From Octopus sinensis (lineage: Eukaryota): a stretch of DNA of 64,000 bases. The notes under the pieces are model-generated. The model ran no database searches. It saw only the letters and a list, made by a program, of their open reading frames with translations, and was not told where the DNA came from. A program made the position numbers and the translations under genes. Positions 24,050 through 36,011 of this stretch are shown piece after piece (positions within the stretch are counted from its first letter, which is position 1; each line of letters starts with the position of its first letter). The stretch is taken from NCBI RefSeq assembly GCF_006345805.1, contig NC_042997.1:60636001-60700000 (forward strand), given 5' to 3'.

Positions 24050-24250
24050 CTTTACCTGGTGCTTATCTTGTCAGACACGTTTCGGCTTATATACCCTCCA
24101 GCCTTCATGGGGGAAATTTCAAACCTGAGTTCTCATTCCTAAAGTATTTTTCGATATTATTTTTATTATTCAGGTCACTGCCTGGAATCAAACTCGGAAT
24201 CTTGGGGTTAGTAGCCCACACTCTTAACCACTACGCCATATAACCGTGGG
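24050..24250 (-). mobile_element. tRNA-headed SINE with Penelope/hammerhead-like 3' tail
   Basis: Head GGCGTAGTGGTTAAG...GAGTTTGATTCC; tail ATGAAGGCT...AGCCGAAACGTGTC. Confidence 0.65.
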
Positions 24251-25739
24251 CAATAATGGGGTGAATTTTAGGGCATACAAATCTAATATTTTCCTACCCT
24301 TCCTTAGTACCGGTTGCCATATGCCATTCATATCTGCACTCAGTCTGCTTAGGAGGTTGCCTAAACATCATACACACACTTTACACAAGTTATCTCAGCC
24401 TATCTCTTCAGGATCATCATGAATCCAACAACATGGTGACTGATGAACAAGCAGGTAGGAAGAAGGGAGTGTGGGGATATGCCAAACAACTTTTTATAAA
24501 CAAAGCTGTGCTGTCTGAAAAAAAAACAAAAAAAAACACTGTAGAAACCTTGTAACAGTATGGCTCAATTATAGGAAAACATTTGATTCTACTCCCTACT
24601 TATGGCTGTTAAAATCTCTGCACTTAACAAAAGTACCTTAGTCGCTGTCATTGAAAGGCTCACAAAGACCTGGACAACAATCCTCTTACTTACAACAGTA
24701 AGCTGAATGACTATTTCTGATGTTATAAATACTTTGAAGGAAATATTCCAAACAGATATTTTTCCTGTAATTCTATTTATTTTGACACCGAATCTGTGAA
24801 CATTTCTGTTATAAAAATCCAATGGCTATATGCTAGGGTCTTCACCTGCTACATATACTAATGTTAACCCATAATTTCTTTGTAGATGACCTGAAATCTA
24901 TGTTTAAAATGTTTATATTGACAAATGAACAGCTGGTGTTAATGGCATTTTCAGCTGACATAGGAATAGAATTTAGCTAATGAAAAGTGTTATCATTTGA
25001 TTTATCTTTTATCTTTTACTTGTTTTAGGCATTAGATTGTGGCTGTGCTGGGGCACTGCCTTGAAGAATTTTAGTCGAATGAATCAACCCCAATACTTAT
25101 TTTGCTTTTTTAAGCCTGGTATTAATTCTATCAGTCTCTTGTCAAATTGCTAAGTTACGAGGATGTAAACACACTAACACCAGTTATCAATCAGTGGTGG
25201 GAGACAAACATAGAAACAAAGACACATGCACAAATATGTATAACATATAAATATATATATATTACAGGCTCCTTTCAGTTTCTGTATACTAAATACACTC
25301 ACAAGGCTTTGTTGGCCCTCGGCTATTCTAGAAATCACTTACCCAAAGTGCCACACAGTGTGACTGAAACTGGAACCATGCGGTTGGGAATCACACTTTC
25401 TATCACAAAGCCACACCTACACCTATTTTTGTTGGAAGTGGAAAATCAGTTCTCCAAACCCAGAAGCTGTGCATCATTAGTTCCATCTCTCCTGTTCCAC
25501 ACAAAGAAAACTACACATGCCCAGGCATTCATGAAAACATATAACAAAGGTGCTGCAAATATAGACAGACTGATCTGAAAATATTACCCAAGACTTAGAA
25601 AAATATGCACCAGTACAAAATAACAATGCAATACTTGCAATATAATGATTTCAAACAAGTAGAGAGAAACTAACAAGAAATCAGAAGTTACTCATTTTGC
25701 CCCACACCCTAGAGAACTCCCTTGTTAAATACATAAGTA

Positions 25740-25975
25740 TTAACACAAAGATTATTGGTGGAATATTCCCATCAAAACTCCCACCAAGTACAAACTTAAC
25801 AGGTCGTATTTGTTGTTTGGGACTGACAACAAAAAGTATGTAACCGACATAGAGATCAGCTGTCCTGCTCGTGTGAATATCTCTCCGAAATTCAGAGGGA
25901 AAGAAGATAACTACAGACAGCGGCTTCGAAATTTTCAGCTTCTATATCCAGGTTATGAATTCACATGGCTTTGTC
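25740..25975 (+). mobile_element. R4/Dong-like non-LTR retrotransposon restriction-like endonuclease fragment
   Basis: YWWNIPIKTPTKYKLNR...IEISCPARVNISPKFRGKEDNY...LRNFQLLYPGYEF matches the REL domain pattern (WW...NRPD...E-x-SCP...K...Y). Confidence 0.7.
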
Positions 25976-26147
25976 AGTTAATGCTTAAGCGACAAGCTGA
26001 TGAGTTTCAGAAAAAGAAACTAACATGCACAGTGCGACGTGCTGCGATACGTTCTCCAGTTCCAACATCGCCGCCCGTAACGTAGAGAGAGGGAGGCAGG
26101 AAGAGAGAGAGTGAGGGAGAGAGAGATAAACAAATATAGGAGCCTGT

Positions 26148-26520
26148 CCAGTCGCTTTCGAGACTTTTGATGCTCTTGGACCCTGCACTGCTGATCTCCC
26201 CAAAATAGAGCTAACAGCGGAGCGTCTGAGAAAGAGTCCCACGAAGTGGGGTAGCTTTTGTAGGGAGTGTTGGTGGCCATTCTCCGCGGCAGCACCTTTG
26301 CAATTATGTCTGCGAGATGCAGCTGAACGCGCCAATTAGTCTGGGTGTGCAACCTGTTACTTCCTCTCGCACCATCTTTTGATGCTTAATTCTCTTTTTA
26401 TTATTTTGTTTCCTTTATGAAGTAGTTCTATTTTTTTCTCTCAGTAATTTGATCTTTTATGCTTTTAATGTTCTTTACTTTCTTTCTTCCTGTAAAAATA
26501 TGTTGGTAAATAAAAATTCT
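26148..26520 (+). mobile_element. CRE-clade LINE 3' end fragment
   Basis: PVAFETFDALGP, then after a frameshift LVAILRGSTFAIMSA*; a T-rich 3' UTR with AATAAA follows. Confidence 0.7.
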
Positions 26521-27188
26521 GTCGTTAAGTCAATGTATACAAAAATTTTTTTTAGCCAATTGTAAACAAAGAAGCATTTTTCTATGTGTCTGAGAATGCC
26601 TTGTTTTAAATCGTAGCAAGTAGATATGAACAAAATATAAGATTAAACAAATTTAATTGAAAAATTTTTTAAATACGCCAGGACTTTTTCTCAAGTTCAA
26701 AATGTGATAGCTTTTGTTATTTATATTCAAAAGATAGAGATTTGTAAGAGAACATACATGACAAAGTATGTAGGTACACAAATAGCTTAATGCTTAGCTT
26801 TTAATTTTAACAAAAATGGAAGTATTTCGAGCCGTCAAATGAGTTATTAAATCTGGCGGAAATAACTACCCCTCAAATTAATCTCTACTGCCTTAGAAAA
26901 AGAAAGGAAGGCTACTTTGGATATAATTCTGTTCAGCCAAGTCTGACCTGGGATTAGATAATGTAGACATTTAAAGGATAAAAATGCTCCGATCGTATTT
27001 TATACGGAAGAATAAGTAAAACATGGAAAACAATAAGTTGTGTCCTCAGTACATATGACATAACATTGAACTAGTGGTGACATAATACGGAAGAAGGGCT
27101 TCCACGCAGTTGCTCCACCTGCTAGAAATAGAAGCCAAATCTCGCTCAAGCCATATTCTACCATTGTCTTAAAGAAGGAATTGAACGT

Positions 27189-27256
<68 letters not shown>

Positions 27257-27945
27257 TATAATAGGAGGCTACGGCGAATAATCAATGATCTGAGGCTAAA
27301 CAACAACAAAAGTTTTTAAAAGTTTTAAATATATTCAAATAGAGACTAGTGAAATACTTTCAATTTCTCAAGAAAATAGTTATTGCTTCTATTGCTATTA
27401 CAAGTACAAAACTATGCTAACGTCCGTAATCGTCACACCTATGACTAAATTGTCTTTTTTTCTTTTGATGATGAAAGGGTGTGATTTTAAAGAGAGATCT
27501 GTCAGCTATTTCTTCGTAAGTCAAACTACTACGAAGAAGTTTTCTTCAACCTAAATTTAAATTTGTTTACCAAACCTTAGCTTAAATATATCAGTACATA
27601 TGACATTTCTTAGAAAACTGATGAAACACTCGTTATCTTTCGGCACATTATCACACTTTAAATATCAAGGTTTTTTCTTAATTAAGCGCATACAACACAC
27701 CATGGAGACTCTGTTATATCAACACAAGAACACAAAACTGACAGCAAGCGACGAAAAATCATATGATGTAAGTGAAAGCTAAAATTCCGTTATTAATATT
27801 TTTACTACTTTTTTTATCCTTAACTTGGCGCAAGGTTTGTATTATAGTGAGAAGGAGTAAAAAGTTGATCGAAATAACTAATTTATATTGTACCTTAATT
27901 TCCTACACACCATATTTTGAGCACGTAAAATTAATGGTATTATTT

Positions 27946-29220
27946 GATTCTTTCACCTGCACGATTTTCACTAAGAAAAAAAAAAAACTCGGATTTTTTT
28001 TGCATGGAATCAAGTACCGTGACCTCATAATATGCTGCAAACTCCTAAATTTTGTTCGGAAAAAAAGTCGGTGGGTAGGAACTGCCCCTCCCCCTCTATC
28101 CCTGAACCATTGGAAATTTTTCTTTTCCGTTGAATGAACTCCGGTGACCTCCCAATATGCTACAAAACCCATTTTAGGGTCCGGAAAACGGGGTGGGGTG
28201 AGGTGGAAGCCTCAGAAATTTCACCCCCACCGCCATTGATCTTTTCACCTGCGCGATTTTCACTAAGGAAAAAAAACACACTCTGATTTTTTGCATGGAA
28301 TCAAGTACCCTGACCTCATAATATGCTGCAAACCCCATATTTTTGTTCGAAAAAAGGGTGGGTGGGAAATCGGACCCCACCCCATATCCTGGAATCATTG
28401 AAATTTTTTTTGTTTTTTCGTTGACTGAATTCCGGTGACCTAATATACCACAAAACCCATTTTGGGGTCCTGAAAACGGTGTGATGTGGGGTGGGAGCCT
28501 CGGAAATTTCACCCCACCCTATTTTCAAATATTTTTCGCTATTTCTTTCTTTACCCATAATTTTAGATAACATTTTGCAGAAATACGTTTTCGAGAAAGT
28601 GTAGATTGTGAAGATGCAGAGGTTATAGAAGTTAGTGGTAATGAAGTGTGGAGAGACAGACGATAAGTTCAATATAGAGATAAATTCACATTAGAGTTTT
28701 TGCCTGTATGAGTGAAATGGAGTAAAATATTAACAAAATATCTTTTTCCTACCTCTTAAAATCACTGGGTATAATTATATATAATACCCTGAATAAATTT
28801 TCCTGGCATGCTAGTCCTCAATCAAACCATCTTTTTTTTTTTTTTATTATTTGTAATCTCCGATATTTGAATAAAACCTAGGAATCTGAAGAAATTTTTT
28901 AAAAATACATTTTTGAAGGTGAGGTGCAAAACTGCATTAGCTCCATTTCTTTACCCATATTTTTAGATAACATTTTATAGAAATGTGTTTTTGCGAGTGT
29001 GGATTACATTAGATTGAAAATTCAAGCAAGTTTGAGAAGAATAGGTGAAAATGCTAAAGTTTAGTGGTAACGGAGTCTGGGCAGAAGACAAAGATTGATA
29101 AATTCTTTTAAAAACTGTGTGCGTGCATGAAACAAGTAAAAGTATAATGTTAAAACAAAATTTCTTTTACATACCTCTTAAAATTACTGGATATATTAAT
29201 CCCAAATTGCAGAATAGATT
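27946..29220. repeat. Two consecutive tandem duplications (periods ~292 bp and ~400 bp) in an unclassified repeat
   Basis: ttcacctgc.cgattttcactaag at 27952 and 28244; ttacccata..tttagataacatttt at 28551 and 28951. Confidence 0.8.
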
Positions 29221-29451
29221 TGATATGGTATCAAGTCAATTAGGAAAAAAAAAAATTTCAATTTCCTTTTGGAATTTTTTAGCACCAATGGGGTAACTAA
29301 TGCATTTCATTTTTGTGTGGAAAGTCAGAAAGAGAAAAAGAGAAAGTGTGATGAGAGACTATGGAGAAAGTAAGAAAGAAAGAGCCTTTCTTGAAAGAGA
29401 GGGGAGACATAAATGAAGTTAAAATATCTTTTACTTGTTATATATATATAT

Positions 29452-29863
29452 ATCAAAATCAAATTCAATGACTGGCATCCGTGCTAGTGGGGTGCAAAGA
29501 GCACCATACGAGTGTGATCGTTGACAGAGCGGCTAACCGGCTTCCATGCCAGTGGCACATAAAAGGCACCATTCGAGTATGATTGTTACCAGTATCGCCT
29601 TACTGGCACCTGTGCTGGTGACATGTGTAAAAAGATTCGAGTGAGGTCGTTACCAGTACCGCCTGGCTGGCCCCCATGCCAGTGGCATGTAAAAGCACCC
29701 ACTACACTCTCGGAGTGGTTGGCATTAGGAAGGGCATCCAGCTGTAGAAACTTTGCCAGATCAAGACTAGAGCCTGGTGCAGCCATCTGGTTCACCAGCC
29801 CTCAGTCAAATCGTCCAACCCATGCTAGCATGGAAAGCAGACGTTAAACGATGATGATGATGA
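29452..29863 (+). mobile_element. RTE-type 3' element with internal ~60-70 bp subrepeats and (GAT)n tail
   Basis: Repeated ccagtggca..taaaa.gcacc units and the shared 3' end. Further copies lie at ~19480-19880, 38330-38610, 38630-38735, 42140-42500, 44047-44370, 47900-47990, 48100-48300 and 61310-61532. Confidence 0.8.
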
Positions 29864-29869
29864 TATATA

Positions 29870-30269
29870 TCTTTATATATAAAACTGAAGTTGTGTGAGT
29901 GTCTGTCTCCTACGATTTAGATTCCTAACTACTCTCACATTTTGCGGTGCAGTGTAACCAAAAGCGGGTATCTTATAGTTGTGATTCATATTGAGCCCTT
30001 CTGGGTATTAGTGCGCATCTACGATGAGTCTATGATTTAAAAAAAAATTTACCATCATTTTTTTACATTTTTAATGCATTTTTTCCTATTATATAAGGGA
30101 AGTAACTCTCTAAAAATGTATTATTAAATCTCAGAACGTAAAAAGCTACAGTAACCCCCCCCCCTTTGTGGTTAGCCATATTGAGATGGCTATTATACTT
30201 TACATCTCTAAAAATGCTTATATAGTTATTTCCCTTACAAACCCGAGCAACACCGGGCGATACTGCTAG
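29870..30269 (+). mobile_element. Non-autonomous Helitron
   Basis: A|TCTTTATATATAAAA 5' end; hairpin CCCG-agcaacac-CGGG; CTAG|T 3' end; no TSD. Confidence 0.88.
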
Positions 30270-30849
30270 TATATATATAAACAAAACATACAAGGATATC
30301 AAATCTATTATATCCCTACACTTTTGGCTTGTTTCACTCATTCCAGGGCTATATGCATCACATTCGATGTAAAAACAATTTGAATGTTTTCAAAAACGCT
30401 ATTGTATCATCATTGTCCTTTGTTCTAGATACTGGTAAATACCAGCAATTTGGATTGCTATTTGATAGCCTGTAATGTCAAAAGGCCATGAGATGCAGGA
30501 GTAAAGTAGAAAATGTTTTACAGATGATTATTGATATGTGGTAATTCTTTTCTCTATTTACTATGTAACCTAAATAAAATATTTTAGCAAAACTGATTGT
30601 ACTGAACCGTGCTGCTGATACCTAAATTCTTTTAGAAGATACAAAATATAGGGCTCTTGTTCTTCAAATTGTTTTTCATCAAATGTGATGCATATGGGCA
30701 TGGAATGAGTGAATTGAGCCAAAATTATAGGAGTATAATAGATTTGACATCCTTTATGTTTGTGCACACACACATGCACACATAAAATCTTTGACATTTT
30801 GTTTATGTATTTTCATGAAATTATATATATAAGCAGTGTTAAGCTTAAT

Positions 30850-31992
30850 AGCTGTTGGTATGATTCAATACAGTCAAATTTATTGTGTCGTCTTGTCTCA
30901 TCAACAAAAGATATGACATCATCATCACTGCAATACTGGTTCCCAGCCAAGTGCTTTTTCATGTTGGGAACAGATGATAATCAGATATGGCCAAATCAGG
31001 AGAATAGGGAGTTCAAAGTCACAGCTACATACACCAGCCATTGGAACCAAGAACTTGTGAGCTGGAGTAATGTCCTGATGAAATAAGACCTCTTTTGTCA
31101 GTTTTCATTTGTAGCCTTTCATAACTGCCTCAACAAGTTGGCGTTGTACCCTCCATTGATGGTGAAGCCCTTTTGAAGATAATCAGCAAACACAATTTTT
31201 TTTTGCATCTCAAGAAACTGAGGTCGTCACCTTTCCTGCAGATGAAATGACCTTGGCCTTCTTTGGAGCAGGTGGGGAGGCATGTTTCCACTGCAAGGAT
31301 TGTCTCTTTGTCTCTGGTTCAAAATGATGGACCCAACACTCGTCCTGGGTTAGGAAACGTTCAAGGAAACCAGCTGGACCTGCTTCAAACAACATCAACT
31401 TTTCATGTGATGTGCTTAGCCTGGTGCACTTTTAACCAGGTGTCAGAAGTGACTCACACTGAACAGAAATCTTTATCATGCCATGTTCATTGTGTAGAAT
31501 ATTCTGAACTATCTCACAGGGTATGCTAATAGCATTGGCTATTTGATTTATAGTCAACCACCTGTCATTCATCACCATAAGGTGACCACAATCAATATTT
31601 GCCTCAGTGGTGGCAGTTGCAGGGCATCCAGACCTTGGGCAATCTTCAAGACTCTTCTTTCTGCTCCTAAATCCAGCTGCCCATTTTTACACTGTTAATA
31701 AAGCCGGAGCATCATCCTCTAATGTAGCATGTGTCAGCATGAATAACTTTATGAACTAAACCCTTTTTCTGTAGGTACTTGATAACACCACAGTGCCAAC
31801 TTTTGTCCATTTTCAAAAGAAATTGCTACTAGTTTCTTTTGAAAACTTCTTTGAACAGCTAGATGTGAGTTTACTTGGAAAGAAGCAATGCAGTTATTAA
31901 TAAGAAAAGATGAAATTATTGCATGCAAGATTTCACAGCTCTAGCATCGCTCCTGCATAGTCAGACTATGAACTTCCTTTTCAACCCACCCA
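30850..31992 (-). mobile_element. Degenerate mariner transposon
   Basis: FLERFLTQDECWVHHFEPETKRQSLQWKH...PKKAKVISSAGKV (first catalytic Asp region). Boundaries are approximate. Confidence 0.82.
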
Positions 31993-32172
31993 TCTCAATG
32001 TTTTACCATATGCAAAGTAAAAACTAATAACAAACTATTTATGTCACTAGCACGCCAATTCTATAAAAGATAACATCTGATTTTATTTTCATATATAACA
32101 TTTAAGCATGTACATCTTTTAGAACATTGTCATTTTATAAGATTTTTCTGGATAATTCTTAAATTAACAAAC

Positions 32173-33718
32173 ATTTTTTTCCAGTACTGTCTCAACAATG
32201 GTGCTACTCCAGAGCAGTGGAAAACCGCCAGTGTCATTCCTCTGTTCAAAAAGGGCGACCGTACATCACCTGTCAACTATCGCCCAGTCAGTCTCACTAG
32301 CTGTATTGCAAAACTGATGGAATCGTGTGTCAGAGAAACACTTTGGAACTTCTGGAGCTCTCACAGTCTCATCCGACCCTCACAATATGGATTTGTCCCT
32401 AACTCCAGCTGCAGTGATCAGCTTGTCGAGTTCCTTGAGGACATTACTCAGATCACTGATAGTGGCTCATGGGTGGATGATGTCTACCTTGACTTTGCTA
32501 AGGCTTTTAATTCTGTGCCACACAAAAGGCTTATGGTGAAACTCTCTGTAATGGGTGTGAGGGATGATCTTTTTAACTGGTTGAAATCCTTCATTCTCAG
32601 CCGAAAGGAGGTAGTCACAGTTCTAGGACAGCATTCTACACCATATGAGATGTCATCGGGTGTACCACAGGGATCTGTTCTTGGTCCCCTCTTGTTTGTG
32701 GCATACATTAATGACATAGATGCTAATTTAGAGAATGCCACAGTATTGAAATATGCAGACGACATCAAGCTGTACCTTGAAATCAAGAGGACAGATCCTG
32801 ATGTCTACAACTCTTTCCTGCAATCAGACCTGGACACAGTGCAGCAATGGATCACGGACTGGCAACTGAAACTGGCTGTGGACAAGTGTACCACCATGCA
32901 TTTTGGGAGAAAAAACCCTGTGTCCACATACTCCCTCCACAACACTGATATCAAGAAATTCTCTTGCGAGCGTGACCTAGGCATCACTGTCAGCAGTGAT
33001 TTGCGTTGGACAAAGCATATCTCTAAAATTGTCAAGAAGGCCGAGGGTGTCTTGGCATCACTCAGCAAGACTTTTGTTAGCCGCTCTCCAGCCATCTATT
33101 TAAAGCTGTATACAGCTATGGTACGACCACACTTGGAATTCGCATCATCAATTTGGAACCCCTATCTTACTCAGAACATTGACCTCCTGGAATCTGTTTA
33201 GAGACGTGCAACCAAACGCATACCCTCCATCAGACACCTACCATACTCTGAGCGTCTTGTTTCCCTGGGCATGGATTCACTGAAGCTCCGGCATCTGGCA
33301 ATGGACTTGGTAAACACCCACAAAGTTATCAACCACTTCACCAACAACAACACTGAACACCTTTTTGATTTCCATGTGTCCAACACACGTGGACATGCCT
33401 ACAAAGTCAGAAAACAGCACAGCTCCCATGACTTTCGGAAATATTTTTTCACGCTCAGAGTTGCTGAAGCATGGAACAAACTGCCTGCGTCAGTTGTTGA
33501 CTGCCATGACACTGCATCCTTTAAGGCCCTCATGCTTTCCGAAATCCGCCGAAACTACACCTGATTGTCCCCCTTCCATACTCATACACATATGTGTATG
33601 TCATGACTCATGCACTGTTCTTTTCCTGACGCTTGTACATTACCTTATGTACTATACATACACTTTAGATGAGTTGTAGTGCACCTGAGCACTATACACA
33701 ATGTCTTATTATTATTAT
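32173..33718 (+). mobile_element. 5'-truncated CR1-clade LINE (RT to 3' tail)
   Basis: NYRPVSLTS, QYGF, YLDFAKAF, GVPQGSVLGPLLF, YADD and VRPHLEF motifs. There is one in-frame TAG at 33199-33201, the ORF continues to 33564, and a (TTA)n tail follows. Confidence 0.95.
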
Positions 33719-34350
33719 GAAAGAAGAGTGGGAGCTGATGTCTTTAGGGGACTAAGATGCTGCTGTCGTAGGCCCCTCGACCCCACAAGTCTTCAGGGTC
33801 TGTCTTGCCACCTAAATGCTGGTCGCTTCATTCAGTACACTGAGCTAAACCTAAACATTAAGTGGACCTGGCTCGGATTAATATCCCCTCGGATACCGAG
33901 CCATCAGGGTTATCCAGAAGTGATGGAAAGAGACCAGATGGTCTTACCTTCTGTCCCTGAATTAGAAGTAAGTGCCTCATTTGGGACATCAGAGTCTGTG
34001 ACTCCTTTGCTCCCTCCCATATCCTGGATGCTGCTGTCAATGGGAAGGTCACTGCTTTCATAGCTGAATGTAAAAAAAATCCTGAAATATTGGGACCTGA
34101 CAGTGGACTATCTCTTCCAACCTGTGGCATTTGAGATGTTCAGAAGGACTGGGTCTCTAACCCACAAAGTTCTTGTCAGTGTTAGCAGCTCGCCTCACCA
34201 TGGTGTCAGGTGATGCCTGTGAGGGCACTTGACTTTCCCAACGCCTTAGCCCTGCCATTGCCTGTGGTAATGCTGTGAGCATGCTGGCTTGTTTCAGTAG
34301 GTTCCATTGAACTTTGTGATGTACGACCAGTTGCTGTGATAAAAAAAAAA
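33719..34350 (+). mobile_element. CRE-clade LINE C-terminal fragment (zinc knuckle plus REL endonuclease)
   Basis: GLSC...GRF, EPSGLSRSDGKRPDGLT...WD..V.DS, QPVAFE and QRLSPAIACGNAVSML motifs with frameshifts; an A tail at ~34340-34350. Confidence 0.85.
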
Positions 34351-36011
34351 TTCCTCACAAATGGTTTCAATACAGTTTTAGCAGAGAGATTTGGAAGAAC
34401 TAGAAGGAAGTTCTCCAGTAATTTTCTTTCATGTAAATAAATGTTCATGTTAATTTATGAATTTGCCATCAAAATCTTATAAAGTGACAATTTTCTAAAA
34501 GATGTACATATTCTATAAAGTCAAATCAGAAGAATCTTTTTATTCTTTACTGCAACCAGCTTGTTTATAATCAGTAGTCTGGTGTAATGCTAAGGAAACA
34601 AGGTGTAAAATGAGTATGCAGGCATAATGTAGTAACCCGAAAATAAATTTTAATTGAAATTATAATCGCAATGATGATAGTCATTAACGTGGCGCGTAAA
34701 AGAAGTAAGGGAGAGAACTCCGAAATTTCAGTTGACTGAAAGTTAAATTGAAACAGGCAAGATTGATGGAGTCAGTCAGATCTTTTATAGGTATGATGTC
34801 AACACTGATGTCGCAAAGTTGCAGAAAAGCATGAAAGCCAATAGTTCAAAGACTTAAAGGTCAACAAAGTAGAGATGAAAGCGTTGGTGAGAAACAGAGA
34901 ACACATAATTTCAGTGGCATCTAAGAATTTTAAAGTGTGGGAAGGAAGTAGGTAGGAATTTGATGGTGTTTACTCCATAAGAAAAATTGAGGACACACAT
35001 GGTGCATCGAAGTGATATCTGCACAGGAATAGTTAGATGACTTTCTAGAAGTAAAGTAAGAGCCCCTACATGTTACTGTCTTGAGTCCCAGAACACATAA
35101 GGGCCAGTTACCTAGTTTCCATAATATATAAGTGACCGAAATTACTATACTCCCTCTGAACAGAACATAAGCCCGCCACAGTGTTACTCATTTACAACTG
35201 AGTGGACTTGGGTCAGTAGTTCTCAAACTGGTCAAACTCACCCACTTCACTTACAAATTATTAGTAAAATTTTTTACTCTGACCCTCTTAATGTTAAGTC
35301 AAAACATTTGAAATCCATGTAATTCGTAATTTTATTAAACATACTAATTTGTTTGTCCACTTGTTAATAGCCTACATCTGTGAGAAACGTTCACCTAGGT
35401 GATTGTGATAGCAACAGTAAAAAGGAATGAGAAGTTTGGGGAGTTATTCCCCTTCTGGCAAAAAAAAAAAAATGTTTTCGGCTAATAGGGAAACATCTAT
35501 GTGGTTATTTGTTCTGCGAGAAATAACAGCTAAATTTTTTCAAATTACACCTCACTGTTTCAGTTAAATAACGTAATTATGCAATACAGAACACAGTCTT
35601 AAGTTAAAAAGATGGGTTGGTATGATGATGATAATGATTTTTATATATGTATGAATGTAGTATATATACACCAAAAATTTAAATTCTGGTCATAGAGTTA
35701 CCAAAGGTTTTGTATCAACGAAAACCAAAGCCTAGTGGACAGTTTGTCAGACTCCATACAAAGACAAAAAATTCAAACTTTTTACCATGTGGACATGGGG
35801 AAACGGTCAAATATCACGATTTAAGGCCTTGCGTACAAAAACGTTAATGAGGACGGGTTATTCCCCCTGGACCGTAGGCTAAAATAACCCTTACAGACCC
35901 CAAAGAGCCTAACTAGCAAACAGGGAGATCCAATTTCCCAGTAGGTAGCGCTTGAAGTGGACACATTTAGAGAAACCTTCTTTACAACTATTTAACACGT
36001 CAGGTTTAGTA

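Noticed and set aside
24650-24860. Plus-strand frame with in-frame TGA codons (selenoprotein idea)
   Set aside because: No start or splice context, no recognisable selenoprotein motif, and no SECIS noticed.
29500-29700. Repeat-spacer-like ~60-70 bp units resembling a CRISPR array
   Set aside because: They are degenerate subrepeats in the 3' region of a eukaryotic RTE-type element, with no unique spacers or cas genes.
32327-33386. Overlapping short ORFs around the CR1 RT, and antisense ORFs at 62893-63388
   Set aside because: These are alternative-frame or antisense shadows of LINE coding sequence.
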